Shown one piece after another: positions 49,310 through 63,929 of a stretch of DNA of 64,000 nt. Positions within the stretch are counted from its first letter, which is position 1. Each line of letters starts with the position of its first letter. Made by a program: the position numbers and the translations under genes. This stretch comes from the human T2T-CHM13v2.0 reference genome, Homo sapiens, in NCBI RefSeq assembly GCF_009914755.1, contig NC_060947.1. The stretch is one strand, 5' to 3'. The notes below the pieces were generated by a model. That model was not told the DNA's origin, did not search any database, and saw nothing but the letters and a program-made list of their open reading frames with translations.

Positions 49310-49559
49310 GGATTCAAGATTGACTTGGATGACCTTTAAAGGACTGTGGGAGTTGAATTGAGCTGGTGTGTGTCTAGAAAGTGATATAATGATTTCCATA
49401 TAGCTCTACCTTCCGGAATCCCTGAAGCTCAATGAAGTTTCCTATTCATACCAAAGTTGCCGATGGCTAATGCACTGATGTAGTGCTCCATTTCTCCATC
49501 CCAGATGTAGCAAGAGTGCCCTAAATTCCTACTAGTGTTACCCTCTGGTAGTACACAGG

Positions 49560-50120
49560 TGTAGCCAACCCAGTTATCTGCCTACCTTATAGCCATTCCT
49601 CCCTTATACCTTGTCAGTTATCTTCTGATGTGTTCAGTGTTCATCCTCCTTCCTGCAGCCATGTCTATTAGGTAGGACTGGCCTCAGTACCTGGCACAAA
49701 ACTTGGATCATATTTATACTCTGCAGTTTAGGGCACGTGAGCTGATTCTAAGCACCAAGAGGTGAGGGGACATCTGCTGGAAGAAGGTATGTACTGGGAA
49801 AGATTGTTTAGCTTTTCAAACGAAACTTGAGGGAAATAGTCTTTTATTGCTACCAGCAGAAAGTGGTATGTGGAGATGTGTTCTCACTAGAACTGTTTCA
49901 GCCATCTTGCAGCCATGAGGAGCTTCAACATGCTGAAATTGGCAGAGCTGAAAGATGGAAAAAACCTTGATCCTTGATAACTACATTGAGAATTAACCAT
50001 CCCTGAAGCTTCTCTACATCATGGCTTTTTGTTATGTGAGACAATAAGTCCCTTATGGTTTGAATCATTTTGAGTTGGAGTCATCATTGCTTGCAGCCAA
50101 GAGCATTGTAACTAATACTA
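49560..50120 (+). mobile_element. Old MLT1-type LTR relic
   Basis: CAGCCATCTTGCAGCCATGAGG...TTGTTATGTGAGACAATAA...TTGCAGCCAAGAGCATTGTAACTAATAC. Confidence 0.6.
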
Positions 50121-50344
50121 CAGTCTTTGAAGCAATCTTGTTCTGAAACAACTCTTCTAATCTGTGGGATCTGGGCCAGAAGATTATTTTTTAAATGGAC
50201 AAGGGAAGTACTCAAAAATCCCCTTTCCCTTCAACTCTGATCTATAAGCATCCCCATAACCTCTATATCCTCACCTGATTTTCCCTTGATTTCCCTTGAG
50301 GAGTGATCATGCTCAGAGTGACTCCTTGATTTCTTAGAAAATAA

Positions 50345-50764
<420 letters not shown>

Positions 50765-50942
50765 CTATTTAGGAATACTCCTAACTAAAGCCCAACCAGT
50801 CAGTGTGACGGGATCATTGCAGTCTGAAGCAATTCACCTGATTCCTTTCTTCCCAGTATTTCTCTGGATGCACCCTGATTGACTGCCCAATAGGGCTATG
50901 TGTCCTCCATCAAAGGCCAGGCTCAAAATCCCTTTCCTTAGG

Positions 50943-51100
50943 CCAATGGTTTTCAAAGGGTAGTCACTGGACCAGCGGCATCACATGGAAACTTGGTAGA
51001 AATGCAAATTCTTGAGTCCTATCCCAGACCTACTGAATCACAACCTCTGCGGATGGGGCCTGGCTAACCGTCTTATCAAGCCCTCCAGGATACTGTCATA
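50943..51100. mobile_element. MER5A relic
   Basis: GGACCAGCGGCATC...AGAAATGCAAATTCTTG...CCCAGACCTACTGAATCA. Confidence 0.75.
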
Positions 51101-51163
51101 GACTTTGGCTACTGCCATGACTCATAACTGGAAGTGTGAAAGCTTCCCAGGGCTCTAACTTGA

Positions 51164-51531
<368 letters not shown>

Positions 51532-51753
51532 TGATTGTCTATCTTTTGCACTAGTGGTGAGTTCCATCGGAATGGACACCAAGTCTGTTTTTCTTCATTA
51601 CTGTATTCCCAGTGCCTAGCACAATACCTGGCACATAGCATGTACTCAACCAACGTTTGTGGAATGGGTTAAGAAGGGCCCTCATGGGCCACACAAATTG
51701 CTGGGTGGCATATTTTGTTCTGTACTACATTCAGCAAATTCCTAAGGTAATTA

Positions 51754-52475
<722 letters not shown>

Positions 52476-55400
52476 CTGTCCAAGCTGCGTACAACTGATA
52501 AATTGACTTGCAGGTTTTCTCAATTTGAACTCAAAATGAAGACAACTTCAAATTATTCCAGAATGTGACTTCCACTTAGACAACTGTCATGCTAAGAAGC
52601 CATGGGTACTGGCCACTGTCCATTATAGACTGTGTCCTGAGGGACACTTTCCTTTGTTTTTGCAAAAGACTTGACTCTGAAGAACACTAAAGACCCAAGG
52701 GCCAGTCTAAGAAGAAACATGCATAGTGCCTAAAGGGTCCAAGAGGGCCTTTTGTTGGCACCAATCCACCTCTACTCACCCACCCCCCACGCCCTTCCAA
52801 GACCACATGGAATTTGGGGGAAAAACAGATTGGAATTAGGTACTAGGAAACACTTCTGCATAGCTTTCTCCTTTCTCCCTGTCAACTCTGGAACCAGAGG
52901 AGCTGGTGCAGCTTTGCTATGTAACCAGGAGATTTAACAGCTTTAATTTACAGAAGGGATGGCACCTCCCCAGGACCTCAGAGTCTTAGGAAATTGGCAG
53001 GAGGGATGGGGTTGAGGATGGGCAACTGAGAGGTGCTCTTCTGAGCACCCTGCCTGCCTTCTAGGGAAGAGTTTTATGTGTGGAATTCTTTTCCTCTAGT
53101 TGTATTGATAGAAAAGAGTAGAAAGGGACACGTGTTAAGGATGGAGGAAGGTGAAAAGGCCAGGTAAAGGTACCATTGGGAGCTTTTCCTATTTGAAATC
53201 CCTAAAAGCAGAATATGTAATTATTGGAGATTTAGAATCTTTTCTTGCTAGGAAGAACCAGGCTTTACACTCCCATCTGCTCATTTTCTGTAGAACCTCA
53301 GCCATGCAATTTCATCTAAATGGAGCCCTTCCTGGTATCACTTGGCAATGGCAGGCATACAGAGACACAGCCTTTGCAGGAAAGCTCCATTCTACATGTT
53401 TACAGTGCATAGCCCACAGAGAGGGCATCAATAATGCAGATGGGCTGAGATCCATCTCAGAGTCCCCGCATCAGGAGCTCTTCCCTGCCCAGGCTCCAAC
53501 CTGTGCCCACTGCAGGAGGTGGGGCTCAGTGGCCAGGTCTCATAAATGCAGCTAGCCCTCATCCAAGGGCCCAAGTGGCCATTGAGCCTGGTGAGCAAGG
53601 CACTGTAAAATAGCCACTGCTCTGGGCGAAGGCCTGTGATGGAGCACCTCCTGTCACCTTAGCCCCTGGAAGGGCACTCCCAACCTTGGAACACCATTGT
53701 ATGTGTGCATCTTCCCAGTATCTCCTTATAACAATCCCAGCAGTAGGCAGGGCCCTTAAGAGAAAAGCCCCCAAAGTTAAACAGTTGCTTTGTAGTTTTC
53801 CAACTGTGATCTAGGGTACACAAGTGGTAACTTGACATAAGCCACTTGGGGTGGGGAGAGGCAAGTAGGCAGGTGTCTGTCCCTCTCACACCTCACCAGA
53901 GTGGCTCCTCCTTAACCTGATTTATACTTGGTGCCCTCAACCCACCAGCTGGCTGCCTAATGCCCGAAGAGGTTTTCCAACTCCCATATAATCCCAGGTC
54001 CCTGCAGGATGATGTCTGGGGAAGTAGACCCCAGGGATACCTCTTGTGTTTCTTTCCAGCTAGGAGGCCAGAGCAGAATAGAGTGGCCTAAGACATCTGG
54101 GATCTCTGGAATGACTCTGGCAGTAGGGGTGAGGGTGGGGCACCTAGAAGCAATGTTTGAAGATGTGGCAAAGATATGTGCATGTGACTGGCCAGAATTC
54201 AAAGGTGTGACGGGGTGGGAAATGGGGAGGACCACTTAAAATATGTCTTACTACATTCCAAACCTGGACATCCAAAAAGTATCCCTTGAATTGAACTGGA
54301 ATATCTTCACTGGAAAGCTCCAAATCAAAATTGTTGGGGGGAGGCTGGTGTGTATTAGGTGTAAAGGGAGTTGAACCCCCACGGGTTGCATAGTACAGCA
54401 CTGAGCACAGTGTCAAGCCCAAGGATGACTCCACTGAATCCATGCTACACACTCCTACCTAGTTCTTCTTTACATATCCTGTGCATCACGTCTCGTCCTA
54501 CTCAAGAAACTGTGTTAGGGCCTGCCCACTTGAATGCTAAATTACCTTGCCTGGCTTTTGAGGGCTTCACAGTCTCATCCCATCCTTCACCAGTCTTGTA
54601 CTAGGAAACCCATCACCTCTGCCTTTCAGACACATTTCTCTTCTGCTTCCTCACTCCCCACACCCATCCCACCACCACCCCCAGACCACACTTTGTCCCA
54701 CCTCCCTGCCCTTACTCTTACAATCCAAACCAGCCAGTGCTTTACTGAGTGTGGAAGGCAACCTGTAGCATCCAAGGAATAGTAAGAACTAATGATGGGT
54801 CCTGCTCACGAGAGCTCCTAGGAGAATTTCCTCCCCTCTCTTCCCTGCCTAGTCAAATTCTCCCCTCCAACCATGCCCGATTCTAGCCCTGCCTCCCCAG
54901 GAAGTCACCCTGAACTTTCCAATGTGCACCCCTCTCCCTTGACCTGCAAGACAGCTCAGAGCTCGTGATTTCACTGGCATGTTTCCTGAGGAGTCTTGTC
55001 TCCCCAATGGAGACAGAGGCCCCATCCTATGTCAAGTTTTCCTCCTGCCCTCCTATTCAAAGGCCAGGGCCAGACCTGTCATAAATCATATGATTGCCTC
55101 AAATTCCTTGTGGTTTTGGAGGCCAGACATCCAGAGCCACATGACTGCTAGCCAAGGGCTGGCCTCTCTGGACACTTTATTTTTGGAGTCCCTGTTTCAA
55201 CATGACAAGCACCTTCAAATTCTTCAGTTGGATATAAATTACAACTCCCCAAAAGGAACCTGGTTGACAAACTGTGCAATGTGGGTCACACAGGGGTTCA
55301 TCCAGCCCTGACTTAGGTACAGGCTGATGGTCCAAAGGGTGGGTTGAAGAGTAATGAATACCTAGCTCCAATGGCCACCTCAGATAGTGCTGCCCTCTCC

Positions 55401-55478
55401 CCATCCCACTCTGATTCACCTTTTGGCTCCAGGGATTTTGTTCAGCATCAGCTGATCACCAGCAGCCTAGAGTATTAA

Positions 55479-55796
<318 letters not shown>

Positions 55797-56667
55797 TGAG
55801 CAATTACATAAATCACTGCTCATTGAGTAAGAAAGAATTCCTTTTTTTTTTTTTCAAAATGGATCGTTTACTCGTTCTGAGAGGGTAGCGTGCCTTTAGT
55901 TCTAGGAATTCACCTTCCCCACAGCCCCAATTCTATAGGTTTGAGTCTCTGTCTCTGCAGACCAGTGAGGCATCACTTGTCATTCACTTGGAGGTAAAGC
56001 CCTCAGTCCCTGCTGATTTTGCTGCTCATCTCTGGACCTTCTATCAAGGTGGAGGTCAAACCCAGAGTACAAAGCACACCTAGGTCAGGATCTTTCCCAT
56101 TCTGTTCTGCACATACTGCCCTGTGGGGATGCTGGGACACATGATCAGCACACAATCAACAAGAGGTCTGGATTTCTTTCCTAGGTAGGAAGTGAGAAGT
56201 TAAAATCTCTCCTTCCTAACACACAGATTTTGTCTGTAGATGTCTTTTCTAATGTGCACTAAGACCAGTCCTGCAGGAAAAACCTATTACACTCCCCCTC
56301 TAGAATAGTGCCTGTTCATCCCTGTTCTTTGGGTCTAATCTGTGACCCAGGTGTAAACTTTAAGACGGAGTCTTGTCAAGGGCTCTTTAAGAAACCCAGA
56401 TGATGTTCACTGGCCCCTACTTATCCCAAGATGTGTTTACCTCCCACACAGAGCCCCAGCTGATTAAGCAGGTATGAATTTTTCCTATGTAAACCATGAT
56501 ATTTTCCTCAACAAACTGTATTTCCTTAAGTGTTCAGCCTTCTCAGCACTGTCGCTGCAAGGGCACCCCCAGAACCATTCCCACAGCCTGTGAATGGGTA
56601 ATTTCACATTCACAGGCTGTCCTGGAAAGGGTAGACAAGATACCTCGAGTTAATAATTATTTCTTCA

Positions 56668-56995
56668 GGCTGGGCGCAGTGGCTCACGCCTGTAATCCCA
56701 GCACTTTGGGAGGCAGAGGCGGGCAGATCACTTGAGATCAGGAGTTCAGGAACAGCCTGGCCTACATGGTGAAACCTTGTCTCTACACTACAAATACGAA
56801 AATTAGCTGGGCATGGTGGCGAATGCCTGTAATCCCAGCTACTCGGGAGGCTGAGGCACGAGAATCACTTGAACAGGGGAGGCAGAGTTTGCAGTGAGCC
56901 AAGGTCGTGCCACTTCACTCCAGCCTGGGCGACAGAGTGAGATTCTGCGTCGAATACTAAAATAAAATAAAATAATAAAATAAAATAAAATAAAA
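56668..56995 (+). mobile_element. Alu (S-like), (TAAAA)n tail
   Basis: Alu dimer; TTCTTCA repeated at both flanks. Confidence 0.94.
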
Positions 56996-57487
56996 TCGTT
57001 CTTCAAGAACCAGCACATCAATGATGGCACATAATCCGGATGCACTGGAGTTCTTTCTGCTTTGAAGTCCACAGAGCAAGGAGCCACTGTGTGAAGTCAA
57101 AAACCCTCTTCATCATCAAGATTTGCCTCCAGGTGGCCCTGGACTCCTTGGCCCATACTCAGGTCAGCCAAGTTAATCAGTGCCTCCTATGGCCATTAAC
57201 CCGACCCTTCCTCAGGGGCAGGGCAGCTCTACATATGGTAAGCTTGACAAGCCTTGTCCTTTCCTAATGATTCAGACAATGTAGGGTAAGGGAAAAGCAG
57301 CAATCGAAGGAAAAGTAGCACTTGAGCAGGCTCGGCCTGATGGCAGACCCACCGATGCTTCAAATCTGGTTCTTGCATTTCTTATGTGGGTGTCACCCTT
57401 GGCCAAGTTACCCGACTTCTTTGCATCCTTTGACTCATCTATGAAATGGACTGACTTCTACTCTGCAGAATTCTGTAACAGAATTGA

Positions 57488-57868
<381 letters not shown>

Positions 57869-58475
57869 TAAGTAAATAAACAGCAAATAACTAGTTTCTT
57901 TTTAAATAATGTCTAAATGTTCATTACCGCTGCCAGATCCTGTTGCAAAGTGTTCCGAACTGAAACAGCAGAGTAAAAACCATTTGTTATGCACATTTTA
58001 AAAGAAAGGTGAGGGTGGGGGCAGTAAAGACCTTTAAAGACAAATGCACTGAAAGAGGACAGAGAGATCCTAATGTGTGTGTTCAGAAAACCACCCACTG
58101 GCTGTGATTATTTCTTTTTGGCTGACCTGGCACCAAAATGCTCTGTGCAGTGAGTCACCATGAACAGCGGGTTACAGTCAGCTTTAGGTTATCTGTGGTG
58201 ATGCAGAAAAGCACACACAGGCAGTGGTAAATCTAAGAAATTCTATTTGGTCTCTGGTATGCATTTTATATATGTGTATTTTCTTTTTCTTGGCAGGAGA
58301 CTTACCTTCTTAATTATGTTTCCCTTAGGCTATTATTAAAATGAGTCCACATTCCCCAAGCACACCCCTCTGACAGCCATAGGAAGGCAGCCCTTAAGTG
58401 ACAGGGTAAGATCTACCTGGTATTTAGTGTTTGAAAATACACAATCACTTAATAAATCTGTGTGTAGGTTTGTGT

Positions 58476-58522
58476 ACACATACACACACACACACGCACA
58501 CACACACACGCACACACACACA
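58476..58522. repeat. Interrupted (CA)n microsatellite
   Basis: Directly visible. Confidence 0.93.
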
Positions 58523-59082
58523 GGTCTTCTAATCCTACTATGCAAGAAACACAGGAATTAAGAATAACATGGAGTGGCAACAAAGTTGCTGCCAAAGGCC
58601 TCCCCAAAGACCAGAGAACAGGATCATAAAAGCCTCCTGGGGTCATCACACATATACTTTTATCTTAACTCTTTAAGCACACTTGTTATCTTTCATTAGC
58701 TTTTACCTAGTAGGATTGATGTGTGAAGATCTTTGTCTTTGCAACAACCCTGTGCTTTTTTTCAGAATTCCTAACATTTAAGAAATGTCAAAAGTAGAGT
58801 GGAATGTACATTTAATTGCACATGTGGACGCTCATGCTGAGGAATGCATTTCTTTAGATTTTACTGAACTCAGAAGTCTCTCAAACACTGATTCATTAAA
58901 AATTCAACTTTACAAGAAAACTGAAGTTGGAACAATTTATTTGCATATTCTAATGACTGAACCATTGGATGCAGTAACCAAGGTGTAGTTACACATTTTC
59001 CTAGTATCCTCATCTCCATTCTGTGTGGTGGTTGATGCTGCTTCAAGGCATCTGGACTTTTGAAAGCATTAAAAGTACTTCA

Positions 59083-59371
59083 AGGCCAGTGTGGTGGCTC
59101 ATGCCTGTAATCCCAGCACCGTGGGAGGCCAAGGCAGGAGAACTACTTGAAGCCAGGAATTGAAGACCAGCTTGGGCAACATGGCAATACCCTGTCTTTA
59201 CAAAAAAAAAAAAAAAAAGCTGAGTATGGTGGTGTGTGCCTGTAGTCCCAGCTACTTAGGAGCCTGAGGTGGGAGGATCACTCAAGCACAGGAGTCCAAG
59301 GTTGCAGTGAGCTCTGATGATGCCACTGCACTCCAGCCCGGGTGACAGAGTAATATCCTGTCTCAAAAAAA
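59083..59371 (+). mobile_element. Alu (J-like)
   Basis: Alu dimer. Confidence 0.92.
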
Positions 59372-59835
59372 TGAATACTTTATTCTAATAGAATATGAGT
59401 AAATTCCAGGTCACAACAGCTCCTGTGAACCATTCCTAAGCATGAACAGTGGTATTAATGTGCTGTGTTCTGAGAGGATCTTCCGAACTGCTTTGGCTAA
59501 TGTCTTCTGCACTGGTGATGATATGAAAACAAACTACCAAAAATAAACCTTAACAAAAACAGAAAGCATCCAAATTGTACACTCTGGGGTTATAGTGCTA
59601 TAATGCCAAACTATTCCTCACTCTATTCAATGTTTGTTTCTTGAAAAACTACTTAAATTAATCTGGGCCAAAATACAGTAAAACACAACATGTGCTACCA
59701 CTGAGAAGCCATGCCTTTAGAATAGGAATCCTAAACTTAATTACAGAGCCGTATCCTTAGAGTCTCCTATTCTCAATATTCAAAAAATTAACCTAAAGAA
59801 ATAGGACATTATAAGCATAAAATGCTACCTTTTTG

Positions 59836-60180
59836 ATGGGCGCAGTGGCTCATGCCTGCAATTCCAGCACTTTGGGAGGCCGAGGTGGGAAGATCACTTG
59901 AGCCCAGGAGTTTGAGACCAGCCTGGCCAACATGGTGAAATCCTGTCTCTACTAAAAATACAAAATTAGCTGGATGTGGTGGTGCACACCTGTAATCCCA
60001 GCTACTCATGAGGCTGAGGTGGGAGGATTGCTTGAGCCGGAAGGCGGAGGTTGCGGTGAGCTGAGATTGCGCCACTGCACTCTAGCCTAGGGGACACAGG
60101 GAGCCTCCGTCTCAAAAAACAAAAAACAAAGCAAAACAAAACAAAAAAAACCCCACAAACAAACAAAAATCAAACAAAAA
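59836..60180 (+). mobile_element. Alu with (CAAAA)n tail
   Basis: Alu dimer; TSD GCTACCTTTT. Confidence 0.94.
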
Positions 60181-60672
60181 CGCTACCTTTTATATGACAA
60201 AAAGGAGTAAACTTCTATTCATATTCGCTTGTATATGCATAAATAAACTTTGGAAGAAGACATACATAAGTAAATAGTAAGAGCTTACTTGAGGTGTGGG
60301 GACAACTTGGCAGATGGAAGCAGGAATGGGAGGAAAATTCACTCAGTCTCTTGATGTATGTTCTGTTTTTTAAACCCTGTCAATATATTACCTAATTAAA
60401 AACTAAGTACACAAGTAAATATTACTTGGCATTTGGCTCATTGATAGAATAGAATTCCTGTTACCAAATGTCATCTCTCAGGTATTTTTCACATATATAA
60501 AAAGGAATTTTAGAAGAATTTTAGGAGTCAAAAATTAGAAACTGAGTTTGTGAAGTGTATCACGGTATGCAGTTATATTTTTTCCCATGAAGTTCAAAGT
60601 CAGAAGAATTTTGAGTACTTTGTTGTTGTTTCAAAAAAGGTAGAAAGTTACATTTGGCTTAGCAGTGACATT

Positions 60673-60720
60673 ACATGTGCATGCGCGTGTGCGTGCACAC
60701 GCACACACACACACACACAC
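60673..60720. repeat. Alternating purine-pyrimidine tract ending in (CA)n
   Basis: ACATGTGCATGCGCGTGTGCGTGCACACGCACACAC... Confidence 0.9.
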
Positions 60721-60746
60721 CCTCCTCTAGTAGATAACTGTTAGTA

Positions 60747-60799
60747 TTTTGCCATTGAAAGTAATGGCAAAAACTGCAGTTACTTTTGCACTAACCTAA
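60747..60799. mobile_element. MADE1 (Hsmar1-derived MITE), one terminal repeat truncated
   Basis: TTTTGCCATTGAAAGTAATGGCAAAAACTGCAGTTACTTTTGCACTAACCTAA followed by TA. Confidence 0.85.
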
Positions 60800-60886
60800 T
60801 AACCTACTACCCTTTAGCTATGTAAATAGACATATTCTGCTAACAAAGGGGAAGCAGAAATTTGTGTAGCACCATTCATACCTATT

Positions 60887-60892
60887 TTTATT
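60887..60892 (-). terminator. GPC4: Distal polyadenylation signal AATAAA
   Basis: TTTATT on the + strand; U-rich downstream element (minus strand TTTCTGCTTCCCCTTTGTT). Confidence 0.7.
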
Positions 60893-61811
60893 TTGATTCT
60901 GTAATCACAAATGACAATTTTTACTTCATGTGAACTGTTAGGTTTTGAACACTCAGTAACTAAACTTTAGAAATTTACGTCAATTCTTCGCAGTGTCTTT
61001 TAATCAAAATAACAGGTGCTAGTTACGATTTTTGAAATAAAATATAAATCTAAGAGTTGTAAAATCTTTAAGGTACAGAGTAGGTGATGTGTTTTAAAGA
61101 AAAATAATTTATAAATGACTTTGTAAAACACAAGCCCTTCACATGCTGTTAACTTTGGAAAAGTCAGGTCTTCTCCTAACAAGGCTTTTATTCTACTTCA
61201 TACTCCAAACTCTTAAGGTTTTAAAATATTCAACTTGCCTTTCTTCTTTTTTGGGGAGTGGGGGTGAGCTTGCCAGCTGCTTAGAAGCCAAGAGTTATCC
61301 AGTCAGACCTGAATGGAAAAATCTATGATTTGTTTATTTCATAGTTGAAGTTCAAAAGCAAGAGACAATTTAAATAATAAAAGAGTAACAGGAAAAAATG
61401 CAAAGAAAGAAAACAAATCAGTAAGAGTTCAGAAGAACCTTCAAGAATACTTAATTTGGAAAATGTTATTGGTTTAGAGAATTTGACTGGAAGAAAACAG
61501 CTGGGCAGAGTTCAAGGTTTTAAATTAAAAACAATCTAACAAGGTCTATGGGGATAACTCTCTGAGCCATATTTTGGAGACCAGATTCATTTCTACCAAG
61601 TAAAAGTAATAGCAGTCTAAGCTAAAAAGGAAATTCCTCACAACTGAGGTAGTTACTAAGTATCAGCACATTTTCCAAGTTCTCACAAGGCCCCTTAGCT
61701 ATTTACAATCTATTTTCCCTTATATATAAATGGAGTGCCTTTTCAATTTTATGTCTTCTGATTTGTTTTAAAAAAAAAACCACTTATACACACCAGCCAG
61801 AATATGCCTAT

Positions 61812-61817
61812 TTTATT
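61812..61817 (-). terminator. GPC4: Proximal polyadenylation signal AATAAA (ATTAAA also at 61828-61833)
   Basis: TTTATT on +; upstream TGTA (~61872-61875); downstream GU/U-rich GGTGTGTATAAGTGGTTTTTTTTTTT. Confidence 0.75.
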
Positions 61818-63630
61818 AACATCATGCTTTAATAAATAACTGGCTACTTCTAATAAAATTAAGCCTCTGTTTACAACAGCCCCCAATATTCCATTTTGAC
61901 CACTCTGCAGAATTTGGTGTAAAAAGTTGAATGAAATGTAGACCCTGAGCTATCAAGTAATTATGTTTCAATATAAAAATAGAGAATTACTCTTACAACT
62001 GAAGATTGAACAATAACACAAACAACCTCTTTGTGGGTTTTAGGTTCGGTAAAATTAGTTGGGATCTTAATGGCTGTCTAAAGCAGGAAGAGACAGAATT
62101 TTAGTCTTTCTGAAGACTTCTGGGAACTCCTTTGAAAGTGATTTGTTACATTATCAGAGTTTTATGAGCTATCATTTGGTAAGGACACAAGGAAGGGATT
62201 CCCAAGGCAGTTGTTAGTCTTTGGCCTGGGACAACAGATATGGCCATGGCCTTTGCCACTTCACCCACGTGGCTAAAGGTCACCACTAAGATGTAGTATT
62301 CTCAGCTCTACCTACTCCCACCCCACCCCATCCCCCAAGAAAAACAACACATACAAAAATCTGGACACCTAGTTCTCCCCTAAGTGGGCTCCTTGGCTGA
62401 TATCTTGGATCGTAGCACATTGCTGTGAACCATGGCAAGTCCTTTGTTTTACTGATAAGAGGGGGCTAGGTAAGAAAAAGACTCAAATGAGACACCTTAT
62501 ACTCTCTTAAAACAAAAACTGGGATCCCAAAACAAATGGAGATACACATGCACAGACAAAAACTTTGCCCGAGTGTTGACAGCTATTCCCTGAGCCCAGG
62601 CTGTACCCCAGTTCTGGCTAGCTCTCAGACAGCTCCCTGTACATAATTGGGTTTGAAATCTCGACCACTCTAACAAAGGATATTAATTCAAATAGGGTCA
62701 GTGTGAACATGAAAACTAGCACAGGGTGGGCTAGCTAACCTGCCTGGTTTTAAAAAAAAACACCCCTAAACCCAAGTGTGAACATGTGATAACTGGGACA
62801 TCCTGAATGCTTTCTATCTTTCAAGGGGGATGATATCCAGAATCTTTTTCTAAATGGGTTACATTTTATGTATAAGTGGGTTCAAGAAATGGACCTATAG
62901 TGATCTTAGCTTATGTAATTCAACTCATTCAAAGCAGTAGTCTGCAGTCTCTTCCAACTATCACCAATAAATGAAGTACACATAACCTCCTTCTTGGATT
63001 GATGCTTTGAATACAATCTGACAAGTGGCTCAGAAGCCTGCTTGTGCCCTCACATTCTGTCTTAATAATAATTTAAAAAAAAGAAAATCACCTCCACGTC
63101 TCTCCAGATAAGGCAACTAAAATAACAGGGAGAAATGGAAATTTTACTGCTTTTTGGGCTTTTTCTTTTAATAAGATAACATGATAAATAAAACCTGCTT
63201 CTGTACAGCTATTTAATATTTCAGAAATACGTACATGTTACGTGCCAAGAAGGGACCCTGGTTTGCTTGTAAGAAACAAGGCGAGATCACAGTTGGAAAA
63301 AAAAACCCACAAACGAAATGAGAAAAAAACATACAAACAAATAATAGAGTGATAAAATCACAAATGCACAACTAACTATAGTTCTGTACCTACACTGTTA
63401 GCCACGTTTAACATGGTTTGGGGGAGCAGGAACCAACTCAATGCACAGTCCCTTTTCCTCCCAAAACTGAATGAGAAAACAAAGTCAGCACTTCTTAAAC
63501 CAGTGGCCACATAGTAAAAACTGTACATTGTTGTCCATTCATTTAAAAAGCAAAGTCACTAGGATGGTAGAAAAGTGATAACTGGTGCCTTTTAACTTTT
63601 TGATGAACACTTTTTCTCAGAGTTTGAGAA

Positions 63631-63833
63631 TTATCTCCACTCTCTCTGCATAACCAGGAACAAGATGCAGAAGACAGTGAGGAGGTAGGCCTGTGCCCCA
63701 GGACGGACACCAGCACTGTCGGCTTTCTCATTGGCACTCTTCCCAGCATGGTCAGTGGCATTGTAGTCAAACTCTGAAGGGCACTGCTGATACTCACAGC
63801 CACTTCCACTTCCTTCTCCACTACTTTCATCAC
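63631..63833 (-). CDS. GPC4: Glypican-4, last coding exon (HS attachment Ser-Gly cluster, GPI signal)
   Basis: (S)[66 protein letters not shown]; recognised GPC4 C-terminus; acceptor AG at 63835-63834, stop TAA 63633-63631. Confidence 0.97.
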
Positions 63834-63929
63834 CTAGTTTAAAAAAAAATGGAATAGAAATTTCATTCCACTTGTTCTCATCAGAAGACATACAAGAGCA
63901 ATTCGTACTTTCAAACCACAAATGCTTAC
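63834..63929 (-). other. GPC4: GPC4 last intron (96 nt, phase 1)
   Basis: GTAAGC donor at 63929 and TTTTTTTTTAAACTAG acceptor; splicing yields FFDIS-DESSG. Confidence 0.93.

Larger units (their letters stand above)
60867..63630 (-). other. GPC4: GPC4 3'UTR (long form ~2.76 kb; short form ends ~61800)
   Basis: Repeat-free AU-rich sequence directly 3' of the TAA stop, with two AATAAA signals; exact 3' ends inferred. Confidence 0.75.

Noticed and set aside
63543-63833. 96-aa overlapping ORF in an alternative frame of the last GPC4 exon
   Set aside because: It starts at the GTG formed at the splice acceptor; no independent start context or recognisable homology
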